The notes: a model not told the origin generated them from the sequence alone. A DNA stretch of 64,000 nucleotides from an uncultured Methanomicrobiaceae archaeon (GCA_963826525.1 CAWGXH010000004.1:736001-800000), one strand, 5' to 3'; counted from the first letter of the stretch, positions 20,614 through 34,253 are shown. Program-made: numbers and translations.

Positions 20614-21184
20614 GATCGGTGTCCTGGCACTCCAGGGGGACGTCAGCGAGCATATCGCTGCGTTCGAGCGGGCGCTTGGAACCGACTATCCGGAGATGGC
20701 GGTCGTGCCCGTCCGGCGGGCGGAGCAGCTTGCGGGGCTCGCGGCCATCGCACTCCCCGGCGGGGAATCGACGACCATCTCCCGCCTCATCGAGAAGAAC
20801 GGGATGCACCGGCCGCTCGCAACGTTCGAGGGCGGCATCTTTGCGACCTGCGCTGGGATGGTGCTCGTGGCGAGCGAGGTCGACGATCCCCGGGTGCACC
20901 CGCTCGGTGTGATAGATATCCGGGTGGAGCGGAACGCCTTCGGGCGGCAGGCGGAGTCCCACGAGGCCTACGTCGAGGTCTTGGGGCTCGGCGAGCCGTT
21001 CCATGCCGTCTTCATCAGAGCCCCCCTCGTCTCCCGCGCAGGTTCCGGTGTGGAGGTGCTCGCCCGGACGCCGCAGGGGATCGTCGCCGTCCGGCAGGGG
21101 CGGCATATGGCCTTCTCCTTCCACCCGGAGCTCTCCGGCGACCTTCGTCTGCACCGGTTGTTTCTTGAGAATCTCTTCCGGTGA
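20603..21184 (+). CDS. pdxT: Pyridoxal 5'-phosphate synthase glutaminase subunit
   Basis: [25 protein letters not shown] and FHPEL motifs; GTG start overlaps the end of pdxS. Confidence 0.95.
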   Translation: MAGKIGVLALQGDVSEHIAAFERALGTDYPEMAVVPVRRAEQLAGLAAIALPGGESTTISRLIEKNGMHRPLATFEGGIFATCAGMVLVASEVDDPRVHPLGVIDIRVERNAFGRQAESHEAYVEVLGLGEPFHAVFIRAPLVSRAGSGVEVLARTPQGIVAVRQGRHMAFSFHPELSGDLRLHRLFLENLFR

Positions 21185-21219
21185 TCGGCCGCGCCCGATC
21201 GCCCGCGGATACTCTTTTT

Positions 21220-21618
21220 TCAGCGATCTGTCCCGCTTGTCCGGACTCCGGCGGCGAACGCCGTCCATTCGGTGCCCTTCCCCGTCAGCCGGTAGATGAT
21301 CCAGTTGCCCTGCCGGTCGCCGACGATCAGCCCGGCCTTTCGGAGGGCAGAGGGGTGGTAGGAGAGTTTTGAGTCGGCGATCTCGAGCATCGCCTTGATC
21401 ACGCAGACGCAGAGCGGCTGCACCAGCAGCATGGCAAGGATCTTCAGCCGGATCGGGTCGGCGAGTGCGCGGAGCGTGGTATTTCGATCGTTTAAGTTGT
21501 CCTCGGTGGGCAGTCGCTTCGTCAGCCCGGCGAGCCCCCCGCACCGGCAGAGCGACTCCACGATCTCTTCGGGAAGCGTCGTCGTATTGCCGGATCTGCC
21601 GGCCGGATTCTGTGCCAC
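21220..21618 (-). CDS. ArsR/SmtB family transcriptional regulator
   Basis: ALADPIRLKIL...LCVCVI...SKLSYH...G.WIIYRLT; divergent from arsC. Start codon uncertain. Confidence 0.85.
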   Translation of the reverse strand: MAQNPAGRSGNTTTLPEEIVESLCRCGGLAGLTKRLPTEDNLNDRNTTLRALADPIRLKILAMLLVQPLCVCVIKAMLEIADSKLSYHPSALRKAGLIVGDRQGNWIIYRLTGKGTEWTAFAAGVRTSGTDR

Positions 21619-21673
21619 GGGTCGATGCGTGTGGCTATCCTTAAGACACCTGAGGTCATGTGAGGGGATAGGT

Positions 21674-22081
21674 ATGATACAGCGCGTACTCTTTGTCTGC
21701 ACCCACAACGCCGCCCGCTCGCAGATGGCGGAGGGCTACCTGAACGCCCGGTACGGCGACCGTTACGAAGCCTTCTCCGCCGGCACCGAGCCCGGAGCCC
21801 TGAACTCCTACGCTGTTCGGGCGATGGCCGAGATCGGGATCGATATCACAGGACAGCGTTCGAAGGACCTTGCGGAGTTCGATGAGCAGGAGATGGACTA
21901 CCTGGTTGCGGTCTGTGAAGGGGGGCTCTGCCCGCTCTTCCCCTGGGCGAAGGAGGAGATCCACCAGGAGTTTCCCGACCCGTCGAGACTCACCGGCCCC
22001 GATGAGGAGATCCTGGCCGGCGTCCGGCGGATCCGGGATGAGATCGGAGGCTGGATCGACGAGACGTTCGGGAAGTGGTGA
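21674..22081 (+). CDS. arsC: Arsenate reductase, LMW-PTP family
   Basis: VLFVCTHNAARSQMAEG P-loop, SAGT and FPDP motifs. Confidence 0.88.
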   Translation: MIQRVLFVCTHNAARSQMAEGYLNARYGDRYEAFSAGTEPGALNSYAVRAMAEIGIDITGQRSKDLAEFDEQEMDYLVAVCEGGLCPLFPWAKEEIHQEFPDPSRLTGPDEEILAGVRRIRDEIGGWIDETFGKW

Positions 22082-22292
22082 ACGGAGGTTGGGAAATCGG
22101 ACTTTTTTTGGGTACCCGTCGGCCGGTGGGAAGGCCCTGCAGGAGCCGCTCCGCTCCGATTACGATATCTCAGGATTCTCTCGAAGAGACAGGCCCTGAT
22201 TGGTGCAGCTATCGATCCGGTCGGATCATCCCTGCGTTTGCCGCAGCGGAAAAGAGAGTTGGGTGTAAAGAGAGACGGAAGGCAGCGCACCG

Positions 22293-22502
22293 TCAGTCGA
22301 TACCGACGATGACTTCAGTCGCTTTGATGACGACGTAGGCTTCTTTTCCCGGGGCGAGCTCGAGGTGGTCCGCCGACTTTCTTGTGATGACGGCAGTTAT
22401 CTCGGTTCCTCCGGGGAGCTCGACGACGACCTCGGCGCTGACCGGTCCGCGCTCGACCTGTTTAACTGTTCCTTTAAACTGATTGCGTGCACTGATCTTC
22501 AT
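22293..22502 (-). CDS. Molybdate/tungstate-binding TOBE (Mop) protein
   Basis: MKISARNQFKGTV...ITAVIT...AYVVIKAT. Confidence 0.9.
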   Translation of the reverse strand: MKISARNQFKGTVKQVERGPVSAEVVVELPGGTEITAVITRKSADHLELAPGKEAYVVIKATEVIVGID

Positions 22503-22597
22503 AGGCGATCGGACGGCATTGATTTTCTTTTATATTAAATTATGTTGGTTATCCTGCCGCCCCTCCCTGGAGGTGCTCTCCGACGCCGGAACGCCGA

Positions 22598-23290
22598 TCA
22601 ATCGCCGGTGACATAGCGTCTTCTGAAGATCGACGGAATGCCTGCGGAAATACCGGCGGCGGCCTCTGCCGGCAGCGGCAGATCACCTGCTGCAGGGTGG
22701 TTGAGGAAGGGTGCGGGGGAGATCGGCGATACCGGATGCATCTCCCGCCATTCCCAGACCGCATCCATCACCTCGCTCGCCGCGCTCAGGACACCGGCCG
22801 CTCCCGCATCGACCACGACGGGGTTCCCGAGCGACCAGCGGTCGATCACCGTATTGAGGAGTCGCCTGCGGACGGTCCAGATCATGGGAGGATGGGGACG
22901 TGCGCAGAGCCGGTCGAGCTCATTGGCCCAGACGGCACCCTGGAGCTCGAACCGCCCCACTTCATCGATGATCAGCAGGTCGGCCTTTCCCGTATCCGGA
23001 AGGGAGAGGGCTCTCCTGCCGAGGGCAAGACCTTCGGGCCTGAAGAAGAATCGGCCGTGGCGTTCGCATCCCGGGAAAGGATCTGCCGAGCAGAGGGGCT
23101 CACGCGTCCCGGTGGCGAGGTCGACGAGCGTAAAGCCCGATCTCCTGCCGTCACGGACGTGGCCGGGCGTGATCACTCCCCGGAGGTGCGGGTGCAGTCC
23201 GGTTATCAGCCCGAGCACCTGGTAGAGGAAGGTTGTCTTGCATTGGCCCTGCTCGCCGGTGATGATGAAGACCGGCACCGTTTCTCTCAT
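22598..23290 (-). CDS. NTPase_1/THEP1-like nucleoside triphosphatase
   Basis: IITGEQGQCKTT (variant P-loop), DGRRSGFTLVDL and LLIIDEVGRFE motifs. Confidence 0.75.
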   Translation of the reverse strand: MRETVPVFIITGEQGQCKTTFLYQVLGLITGLHPHLRGVITPGHVRDGRRSGFTLVDLATGTREPLCSADPFPGCERHGRFFFRPEGLALGRRALSLPDTGKADLLIIDEVGRFELQGAVWANELDRLCARPHPPMIWTVRRRLLNTVIDRWSLGNPVVVDAGAAGVLSAASEVMDAVWEWREMHPVSPISPAPFLNHPAAGDLPLPAEAAAGISAGIPSIFRRRYVTGD

Positions 23291-23637
23291 CTGACACATC
23301 CTCCGGTACCGGGAGAAGCATCTCCGGGAGAGGGGGATCGGCCTGTCGCGATCACCAGCGGTGCTGGTACTCCGGTAGACATACTCATACCTGAGCACGC
23401 CGCTATATTAATGGTTTACATCCTAAATTTGTTAACCTTGTTAAATTTATTCTCCGGGAGAAGACCGGCCGGGATCTTTTCCGTCGCAGAGATTGTGGAT
23501 CCGGGGTTGTCGGGGTGCAGGGAACCGCGAAAGGAGCGGATACCCTGCCCACTCGCTCCAGACCGCCGCTCACTCGTCCTGCTCTGTGCCGTATTAGTTA
23601 AGTAACGGAGAGAGTAATTGAATACGGAGTCGATTCT

Positions 23638-24132
23638 ATGGCAGATCAGACGGAAGAAAAGAAGGTCGTGCTGCACACGACGATGGGCGATATCGTCCTC
23701 CGGCTATACAGCGACATGCCGGTGACGGCAGGGAACTTTGAAAAGCTCGTCAGCAAAGGGTTTTATGACGGGACGCCCTTCCACCGGGTCATCTCGAAGT
23801 TCATGATCCAGGGCGGCGACCCGACTGGTACCGGCACCGGCGGCCCGGGCTACACCGTCAAAGACGAGTTCGTGAAGGGCCACTCGAACCGCCGCGGCAC
23901 CATCGCCATGGCGAACACCGGCAGGCCGAACACCGGCGGGAGCCAGTTCTTCATCAACCTCGTGGACAACACCTTCCTCGACTGGGACAACCCCTCGACC
24001 CCGAGCGCCCACCCCGTCTTCGGGGAGGTTGCCGAGGGTATGGAGGTTGTCGATGCGATCGGAAAGGTGAAGACGAACAATGCCGACCGGCCACAGAAAC
24101 CGGTCACGATCGAAAAAGCCGAGATGCTGTAG
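23638..24132 (+). CDS. Cyclophilin-type peptidyl-prolyl isomerase
   Basis: FHRVISKFMIQGGDP, AMAN.G.PNTGGSQFFIN and VFGEV motifs. Confidence 0.95.
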   Translation: MADQTEEKKVVLHTTMGDIVLRLYSDMPVTAGNFEKLVSKGFYDGTPFHRVISKFMIQGGDPTGTGTGGPGYTVKDEFVKGHSNRRGTIAMANTGRPNTGGSQFFINLVDNTFLDWDNPSTPSAHPVFGEVAEGMEVVDAIGKVKTNNADRPQKPVTIEKAEML

Positions 24133-24204
24133 CACCCCGGTCGATCACTTCCGGAAAACTCTTTTTTACCCGGACTCGCCGCCGAGAAAAAGTGGATGTC
24201 CGGG

Positions 24205-25528
24205 TCACTCCTCGACTGCTCCCTGGAGTTTCACCGTCGTCTCCTGCTTTGATACGGGTGGCCTCATCAGCAGGAATGCGACGACGAGTCCGACGGCGGC
24301 GAGAGCCGCTATGTAGGGGAAGACCCCGAGGTACGATCCCGTGGACGCCTCGATGAACCCGGCGAGCTGCGGGCCTGCTATCGCACCGGCGCCGTATGCC
24401 AGAAAGACGACGCCGTAGCAGCGTGGATAGTCGCAGGTCCCGAAGTAACTCGCCGTCGCCGTGGGGGCGATGGCCAGCCACCCGCCGAGGCAGCCCCAGA
24501 GGACGGCGAAGGCGAGGATGTACCGACCACTCCGCCGGCACCAGCCACATCAGCAGGGATGCCGCCCCTATCAGGACGAACGAGGCCATCGCGGTCTTCC
24601 CGGGAGTGAGCCGGTCGGTGAGCGACCCGAAGACCGGGCGCCCGCCGCCGTTGAAGATGGCGAAGAACCCGACGAGCATCGTCGCGAGCGCCGGCTCGAT
24701 CTGCACCACGTCCGTGCCGACGGGTTTTGCTATCGAGATGGCCATGAGGCCTGCCAGACACCCGATGAAGTAGCAGACCCAGAGCCCGTAGAACGCCCCT
24801 GTCCGCACCATCACGCTTCGGTTGCACTCGCACGCGATAGCGGCTCCCGGAACAGGCGCAGGCGGCGTCCAGCCGGCCGGCTTCCATCCCGGCTTCGGGA
24901 ACCGGAGCGGCAGGGCGAGGAGCAGGAGCAGGACGATGAAGGCGGCGCCGAAGATGCGGAACGTGGTCATGACCCCGTACGCCTCAATGAGCGCTCCTGC
25001 GATATTCGCCGTCAGGAACGCCGAGAACCCGAACCCGAGCAGGGTCATCCCGACGGCGAGGCCGCGCCGGTCCGGGAACCACCGTGCCGCGACGGCGACC
25101 GGCGCCCCGTAAGCGATGCCGACCCCGAGGCCGCCGACAACCCCGTAGAGGATGTAGAGCATCTGGACGGAGGTGGCGGTCGATGCGAGCAGCCACCCCG
25201 CGCCCGTCAGCAGACCGCCGATAATCGTCATCGTCCGCGGTCCGAGTGTCTCGATATACTTCCCCGAGAGGGGCATCGCGAGGGCGAAGAACGCCAGGAA
25301 GACCGAGAACGGCAGCAGTATCTCGCTCGCCGTCACCGTCTGTCCGAGTGTCTCGGTGAAGTATCCGGTCAGGGGGCCGACGAAGACACTCCACGAGTAG
25401 ATGCTCCCGAGACAGAGGTTGATGATCATCCCGAGGATGACCAGTACCCAGCGCCCCCGTGCGGGGTCCATCCCGAGCAGTCGCTCCTCCGCCGAACCGG
25501 TTCCGTATGATGGTGTGCCTTTCGCCAT
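24205..25528 (-). CDS. MFS transporter, oxalate:formate antiporter (OFA) family (frameshift near 24522)
   Basis: LGSIYSWSVF, WFPDRRGLAVG and FNGGGRPVFG.LTDR motifs, about 12 TM helices; directly downstream of acs. Confidence 0.85.
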
Positions 25529-25547
25529 TGTATCACCTCAAAGCGGA

Positions 25548-27437
<1,890 letters not shown>

Positions 27438-27736
27438 CTTCTCACAATCCATCATGATGAATCGTGTCGTTTCCGGCGAACCGTGCCGCATTCGGGCAGG
27501 GTCACGATCACAGAAACGATACGGTCAATTGGGGCGCGTATTTCCGGATATCCGGGAGAGAATGCCCCGTGCTCGCATACGGTGCCTGACCGGCGCTCCC
27601 GAAGGAGACCGGCCGCAGGGGTACATCTTTTCGACAGGCGTCGCCCTCGGGGTGCTCACTCCGTATTCTACATGATTAATAGTGTATAATTCGAGAAAAA
27701 CTTTATGGTCGCACCGAAGGATCGCCGCCTCGCGGT

Positions 27737-28679
27737 TCAGAGCCAGTCTTTCCGCATCATGATCGCGGCGAGGAGGCCGGAGATGACGAGTGAGAGCAGG
27801 ACAAGAATGAGAAATCCGTTCGGATCGTCCTGGAGCGGTACCGGGACGTTCATCCCAATGAAACTCGCGATCATCGTCGGGACGGCGAGGATGATGGTGA
27901 TGGACGTGAGGAACCGCAGGATGCTGTTGAAGTTGTTCGAGATGAGCGACGCGAAGGCATCCATCGTCTCGGAGAGGATCGTGCTGTAGGTGTTTGCCAT
28001 ATCGATAGCCTGTCGGTTCTCGATGATGACGTCCTCAAGGAGATCGGTATCGTCCGGATACATCCGCAGGGGCTGGAACTTGAGGATCTTGTCAAGGACG
28101 ATGGCGTTGCTCCGCAGCGAGGTTGAAAAGTAGACGAGGCTCTTTTTGAGGTTTAAGAGCTGGATGAGTTCCTTGTTCTTGAGGGACTCCTGCAGCTCCG
28201 CCCCGACACGGTCGCTCGTCAACTCGATCTGCCGCAGGTACCTGAAGGAAGTACGAGGCGTTCCGGAAGAGGATCTGCAGGACGAATCGGGTCTTCTTGA
28301 AGGTGTAAAATCCTCTGACCCGCCCGCTCTGGAAGTCGCCGATGATGGCGTTCTCGGTCAGGCAGACCGTGATGATTGTACTCGCGGCGACGATGATCCC
28401 GAGCGGCATTGTGGTGTACGGGATCGCCTGCTGCGTTCCCGGGATGGGGATATCGATGACGACGAGTGTGCAGCCGTCCTCGGTATCGATGCGTGGCCGT
28501 TCCTCTTCGTCGAGAGCCGCGCGGAAGTACCTGGGGGGTATCGGCAGGGCTCGCGTAATCTCGAGGATCTCGTCGGCCGAAGGGGCGATCATGCAGACCC
28601 AGGCACCCGGTTCGAGCCGGTCGAGCGACTCCATCGAGATCCCCTGGTCGGTCTGGACGGTCTTGTATATCCGGAGCAT
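27737..28679 (-). CDS. corA: CorA-family Mg2+ transporter (frameshift near 28245)
   Basis: ALDEEERPR, LKKSLVYFSTSL and GMN signature followed by TM helices. Confidence 0.9.
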
Positions 28680-28803
28680 GATGATCACCTGCCTGGCTGC
28701 CCTGCGGCATTCGCCTGTGTATTCAGGTTTCGCCCGTATCCCCGATGAATCTATGGGCGCTCCATGGGGAGTGAACGTGAATTTTCTAAAAAAGGGGTGT
28801 GGT

Positions 28804-30831
28804 TTAGAGAACCAGGATCAGCGGGGCGAAGACCAGGGCGACCATGCTCATCAATTTCAGGAGAATGTTGATGGCGGGGCCGCTCGTGTCCTTGAAGGGG
28901 TCTCCCACGGTGTCGCCGACGACTGCGGCTTTGTGAGCGGCGGAACCCTTGCCGCCGAGGTGGCCCTTCTCGATGTATTTCTTGGCGTTGTCCCAGGATC
29001 CGCCGGAGTTTGCCATGGTAACGGCAAGCAGGAATCCTGCGGAGAGCGACCCGACCAGGAGTCCTCCGAGTGCGGAGGTGCCGAGGACGAACCCGACGAC
29101 GAGCGGGGCGGCGACGGCGAGGACACCGGGCAGGATCATCTCGCGGAGAGCAGAGTTTGTCGAGATGCTGATACAGGATGCGTAGTCAGGCTCTGCCTTC
29201 CCCTCCATGAGGCCGGGGATCTGCTTGAACTGCCGGCGAACCTCGTGGACAATGCTGTACGCCGCCTTTCCGACTGCCATCATGGTGATGGAGCAGAAGA
29301 GGAACGGCAGCATGGCACCGATGAGGAGGCCGATGAAGACATTGGGCAGGGAGACATCGATGGAGGTGAGACCGACTGCCTGGGTGTAGGCGGCGAAGAG
29401 CGCAAGTGCGGTCAGCGCTGCGGAGCCGATGGCAAAACCCTTGCCGATAGCGGCGGTGGTGTTGCCGACGGCGTCGAGGGTATCGGTGATCTCACGGACT
29501 TCGGGCTTCTGGTGGGACATCTCGGCGATACCGCCGGCGTTGTCCGCAACAGGGCCGTATGCATCGACGGAGAGGGAGATGCCGAGCGTCGAGAGCATAC
29601 CGACCGCCGCGATTGCGATACCGTAGAGGCCTGCAAAGTAGTAGGCGACGTAGATGGCGGCGGCGATGATCAGGACGGGGAAGAGGGTGCTCTCCATACC
29701 CTTGGCAAACCCGGTGATGATGGTGGTGGCGGCACCGGTCTCGGTCGACTTGACGATGGCGAGGGTCGGTTTGCGCTCAAAGGACGTGTAGTACTCGGTG
29801 ATGAGACCGATACCGAATCCGGCGACGAGGCCTGCGATTGTTGCGTAAAAGACACCGATATACTCGGGTCCGAGCATGAAGTTGACGAGCAGGTACGTGG
29901 AGATGACGACCAGCACGAGGCCGACAAGGAGACCCTTGTTGAAGGCCATGTGGATGGCGCTGCTCTCGGTCTTGTTCGTCCGGACGAAGAACGACCCGAT
30001 GATGGCGCTGATGATACCGACTGCTGCGATGAGCAGCGGGAGCATGATGACGTTAAGGGGCGCGATGTTCGGGAACTGGATGGCGGCGGCGGTTGCGCCG
30101 AGCACCATGGTGGCGATGATCGAACCGACGTACGACTCGTAAAGGTCGGCACCCATACCTGCCACGTCACCGACATTGTCACCGACGTTGTCGGCGATGA
30201 CGGCGGGGTTGCGGGGATCGTCCTCGGGGATGCCGGCTTCGACCTTGCCGACGAGATCGGCACCCACATCGGCTGCCTTCGTGAAGATACCGCCTCCGAC
30301 ACGGGCGAAGAGTGCGATCGAGCTTGCACCGAGACCGAACCCGGTGACGATGGCGAGAACCTCAGTCTGGGGGAGACTGGTGAAGTCGCTGACGGCAACA
30401 TAGGCGATCGAGAGGCCGAGGAGGCCGAGACCGACCACGGACATGCCCATGACCGAGCCGCTGGCAAAGGAGACCTTGAATGCGTCCCCGATACCTCTCC
30501 GGGCGGCGTTCGTCGTCCTGACGTTTGCCATGGTTGCGGTGAACATGCCGATGTAACCGGCAGTCGCCGAGAGTACCGCACCGAGCACGAAGCAGGCGGC
30601 GGTGAGCGGGTGAATTCCCACGGCGAGTACGATCGCCATAATGACGACGAATACTGCGATGGCGCGATACTGTTTGTTCAGGTACACCATTGCTCCCGTG
30701 TGAATAGCGGCAGCAATCTTCTGCATGGTTTCAGTACCTGTGCCCTCCTTCCTGATTGCAGTGTACGAGTACCCTGCAAAAAGAAGAGCGACAAGGGCAC
30801 ACAATGGTGCCAGGTAGACCAGGTAGTCCAT
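28804..30831 (-). CDS. hppA: Membrane-bound ion-translocating pyrophosphatase (K+-dependent, probably Na+-pumping)
   Basis: [34 protein letters not shown], and GNTTAAIGK (the Ala variant associated with K+ dependence). Confidence 0.95.
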   Translation of the reverse strand: MDYLVYLAPLCALVALLFAGYSYTAIRKEGTGTETMQKIAAAIHTGAMVYLNKQYRAIAVFVVIMAIVLAVGIHPLTAACFVLGAVLSATAGYIGMFTATMANVRTTNAARRGIGDAFKVSFASGSVMGMSVVGLGLLGLSIAYVAVSDFTSLPQTEVLAIVTGFGLGASSIALFARVGGGIFTKAADVGADLVGKVEAGIPEDDPRNPAVIADNVGDNVGDVAGMGADLYESYVGSIIATMVLGATAAAIQFPNIAPLNVIMLPLLIAAVGIISAIIGSFFVRTNKTESSAIHMAFNKGLLVGLVLVVISTYLLVNFMLGPEYIGVFYATIAGLVAGFGIGLITEYYTSFERKPTLAIVKSTETGAATTIITGFAKGMESTLFPVLIIAAAIYVAYYFAGLYGIAIAAVGMLSTLGISLSVDAYGPVADNAGGIAEMSHQKPEVREITDTLDAVGNTTAAIGKGFAIGSAALTALALFAAYTQAVGLTSIDVSLPNVFIGLLIGAMLPFLFCSITMMAVGKAAYSIVHEVRRQFKQIPGLMEGKAEPDYASCISISTNSALREMILPGVLAVAAPLVVGFVLGTSALGGLLVGSLSAGFLLAVTMANSGGSWDNAKKYIEKGHLGGKGSAAHKAAVVGDTVGDPFKDTSGPAINILLKLMSMVALVFAPLILVL

Positions 30832-30923
30832 CTCTCTACATTCCTCCGGTTGATTACCATAATTAAAGGAGTAGACCATTTAATTAAACATATGGAAAAT
30901 AAATAGAGAGAAATTCTACGAAT

Positions 30924-32328
30924 TTAACTGAAATCCATAACTTCCGGCTGCAACGTCTCAAGGTCGACAACCACCGCCCGCGCCGGGGTCGGGTTGATGT
31001 TCATCTGTTTCTGAAACGCCGTCTGTGCCTGCCATGTCCCCGTGTTGATGCCGAGGACGCCCCGATATTTTGTTATCCCGCAGATATGGACGTGGCCCGT
31101 GTGCAGGATCTCCGGCAGCGGGTCGATCACCAGCCGATCCATCTTCGCGGCTGCGATGGGTGTCCGCATTCCGTAGGTGCATCCAAGCAACCGCCGCTTG
31201 AGCATCTCTTCCATGATCTCGCCGGGCTTCTCGTACGACGCACCCGGGATGAGCCCGATCATGTCGTCGATAGACCGCCCGTGGTACATCAGCACGCGGA
31301 CGCCCTGGAGGCTGACCAGGCAAGGGTTCTCTACCATCTGGCAGTTTGGGGGGAAGTTTCCGGTAAACTCCAGTGGGAGAGCCGGCTGCGGCTCGGCCAT
31401 CCTCACGACGTCGTGGTTGCCGGGTGCGAGGACGATCTTGATCCGGGAGGGAAGGTCGCGGAGCATCCCGGCAAAAGCATCGTACTGCTCGTAAATGTTT
31501 TTGATAGTGAGCTCGTGCTCCTGGCCCGGGTAGATCCCGATACCGTCCACGAGGTCGCCGGCGACGAGCAGGTAGGAGGCGTCCGTATCCTGCAGCCAGT
31601 CTGCAAACCGGTTCCACGCGTCTTCGAGGAAGGTGTCGCTCCCGACGTGGACATCGGAGATCAGTACCGCCTTCCCCGGCCGGTCGCTTGTATACGGAGC
31701 ATGCTTGATCGGGATATCGGGCCGGGAGAGTCTGCTCGGCGAAGAAGAGCCCGCCGTCGTTCGAGAGTTTGCCCTTCACCCCGAGCACCTCGTCAGGCAG
31801 GATCCGCTCGGCGTCCGCGAAGGTATCGTCGCGGCTCTTGTTGAAGAGCACCAGAATGGTGCCGGTCGGGTCTTCGATCTCCACCAGCCGGTGCCCCTTC
31901 GCCGTCGTCCGCACCTCCACGACCATCCCGATGACGGTGCACTCCTGGTCGCGGTAGCGGTGCGGCGACGTCGTCAGCGCCTCGATCGGCATCGCCGTCG
32001 TCCGGCTGCGGATCATGGTGCTGAGCCTGTTGTAGCGGTCGCGAAAATAGTGGATGGCGTCCTCGTAGCCGGCGACGCTGCCGGCTGTCCCGGGGCTGCC
32101 CATGATGACCTCGAGCTCCGGGTCGGCGAGGAAGCGGGTACCGTCCCGCTCTTTCTTCAGCCCCGGTATATGCCGCACCGAGACGACGAGTGCATCGCCG
32201 GGGATCTCTGCGAGGATCCGGTCTATCAGCGCAGGGTCGTCCTGTTCCCTGATGTAACTGACTACGTCCGGGTGGACCTGGAGGTTGATATCGAGGAACC
32301 GCTGTACCATCTCCCGCTCAGCGAGCAT
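30924..32328 (-). CDS. polB: DNA polymerase D small (proofreading) subunit DP1 (frameshift near 31731)
   Basis: OB-fold region (GMVVEVRTTAKGH) plus calcineurin-like motifs DVHVG, GDLVDG, PGNHD, YHG and GHVH. Confidence 0.92.
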
Positions 32329-32472
32329 GGTGATACGTATTGTCACTCCGGAGAAATATGGCTTTATCTTTCTCCCGGGCATCCCGGGAGAAGACGTTCG
32401 CCGTCCCCCCGTGATCCCGCACCTTCGGGAAACGTATGTATACGAGCGGTCTGATACTCACTACCAGCAGAT

Positions 32473-33135
32473 ATGTCAGCGTCTACCCGGTTGCAGAGCG
32501 TCTCGGCAGCCATACGGAGACTCCGGACCAGCACCCATCCGGCGGCATCCCTGGTGCGGGATCTCGTCTGGGTTGTAGCGGTCGTCGGCGGTATAGCCCT
32601 TCTCCTCTACCTTGTGGCGGGGACGTGGCCCGCCGTGGTCACGATCGAGTCGGAAAGCATGGTGCCGCACATGAACATCGGCGACCTGGTGCTGGTCGTG
32701 GATGAAGACCGGTACGGGCAGCTCACTACCTGGGCTGAAGGGAACCGGACGGGGTATATGTCGTTTGGCGATTACGGGGATGTTGTGATCTACCGCCCGA
32801 ACGGGCTGGAGGATATCCACCCGATCATCCACCGTGCGATGGCCTACGCCGATGAGGCGAGCATCGCGGCCTCACCCCTCGGTCAGTACTATACCGATCC
32901 GCATGGTGGGTACATCACCAAAGGCGACAACAATCCGGTGATAGACCAGGGGACGTACTTCCAGGGGATCGGCGTGATCGAGCCCGTCAAAAAGGAGTGG
33001 ATCGTCGGAAAAGCCCTCTTCGCCATCCCGCTCATCGGGTATATCCCCCTGCATATCGTTGAATTCGCCATCCTCGTCATCGTCATTATCCTCATCCATG
33101 ACTTCGTGCTCGGGAGGCGAAAGGGCGATGACTAA
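32473..33135 (+). CDS. Signal peptidase I (S26/Sec11 type)
   Basis: ESESMVPHMNIGD, IIHRA and YITKGDNN motifs. Confidence 0.9.
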   Translation: MSASTRLQSVSAAIRRLRTSTHPAASLVRDLVWVVAVVGGIALLLYLVAGTWPAVVTIESESMVPHMNIGDLVLVVDEDRYGQLTTWAEGNRTGYMSFGDYGDVVIYRPNGLEDIHPIIHRAMAYADEASIAASPLGQYYTDPHGGYITKGDNNPVIDQGTYFQGIGVIEPVKKEWIVGKALFAIPLIGYIPLHIVEFAILVIVIILIHDFVLGRRKGDD

Positions 33136-33176
33136 ATCCCGGGATACCAAGAACTACTGATACGGTGCTGATCTCA

Positions 33177-34253
33177 ATGCAACAGTTACTTGGCGATGTC
33201 CTTGCTGGCCACCGCCTCACCGAGGGTGAGGCCGTCCGGCTGATGAAGGTTAAGGATCGCGAGGTCTTTTCGATCGCGGCGGCGGCGGACGCGCTCCGCG
33301 AGGAGAAGGTCGGCAACCTCGTGACCTATGTCAGAAACCAGAATATCCATATCACCAATGTCTGCAAGAACCTCTGCGGATTCTGCAGTTTCGGCAAAAG
33401 GGTCGGCGACCCGGAGGCGTTCTGCAACGACCGCGAGGCGACGGTAGCGAAGGTCCTGCAGGCCGTGGAGCGGAACGTCACCGAGGTCTGTCTCCTCTCC
33501 GGGGTGCATCCGGACTATACCCTTGAGTCTTACGTCGACCTGATCGGCTGCGTCCACGAAGCGGCGCCGCAGGTGGATATCCACACCGCAAGCCCCGACG
33601 AGATCGCCTGGGCGGCGAAGCAGAGCGGCGTCTCCACGGCTGAGGCGATCGACCGGCTCCGCGAGGCGGGCCTCGGCACCCTGCAGGGGACCGCCGCCGA
33701 GATCCTGGTCGACGAGGTTCGGCGGGTGATCTGCCCGCGGAAGTGCGATACCGCGACATGGGTGCGGATCGTGAAGGAGGCGCACCGAAAGGGCATCCGG
33801 TCGACCGCGACGATCATGTACGGCTCTGCAGAGAGCGTCGAAGACCGCGTCCGGCACCTCGCTATCCTCCGGGAGATCCAGGACGAGACCGGCGGCTTCA
33901 CCGAGCTCGTGCCCCTCTCTTACCTCCACGAGAACACCGCGCTCTACCGCCGCGGGCTTGCCCCCGCCGGTGCGACGGGGCGGGAGGATATCCTCCTCTT
34001 CGCGGTCGCCCGGCTCTTCCTCGACAACTTCGACCACATCCAGATCTCCTGGGGCAAGGTCGGGCCGAAGATGGCGCAGATGGGGCTTCTCGCCGGCGGG
34101 GACGATCTCGGCGGGACGATGTTCTGCGACGACGTCAGCGTGACCGCCGGCGGTACAGGTGCCGATTACCTCGATCCCGCGGAGATGGAGCGAATAGCCA
34201 CAGATATCGGCCGACGGCTCGTCCAGCGGACGACGACCTACGGGCGAGTCTGA
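33177..34253 (+). CDS. cofH: FO synthase subunit CofH, paralogue 1 (radical SAM)
   Basis: TYVRNQN...CKNLCGFC (CxxxCxxC), GTAAEIL, TATIMYG and IQDETGGFTE motifs. Confidence 0.88.
   Translation: MQQLLGDVLAGHRLTEGEAVRLMKVKDREVFSIAAAADALREEKVGNLVTYVRNQNIHITNVCKNLCGFCSFGKRVGDPEAFCNDREATVAKVLQAVERNVTEVCLLSGVHPDYTLESYVDLIGCVHEAAPQVDIHTASPDEIAWAAKQSGVSTAEAIDRLREAGLGTLQGTAAEILVDEVRRVICPRKCDTATWVRIVKEAHRKGIRSTATIMYGSAESVEDRVRHLAILREIQDETGGFTELVPLSYLHENTALYRRGLAPAGATGREDILLFAVARLFLDNFDHIQISWGKVGPKMAQMGLLAGGDDLGGTMFCDDVSVTAGGTGADYLDPAEMERIATDIGRRLVQRTTTYGRV

Noticed and set aside
28342-30906. 854-aa ORF antisense to hppA, and similar long antisense ORFs (e.g. 5491-7131, 34621-36288, 48559-50055)
   Set aside because: Shadow ORFs expected from high-GC codon bias on the strand opposite well-supported genes.
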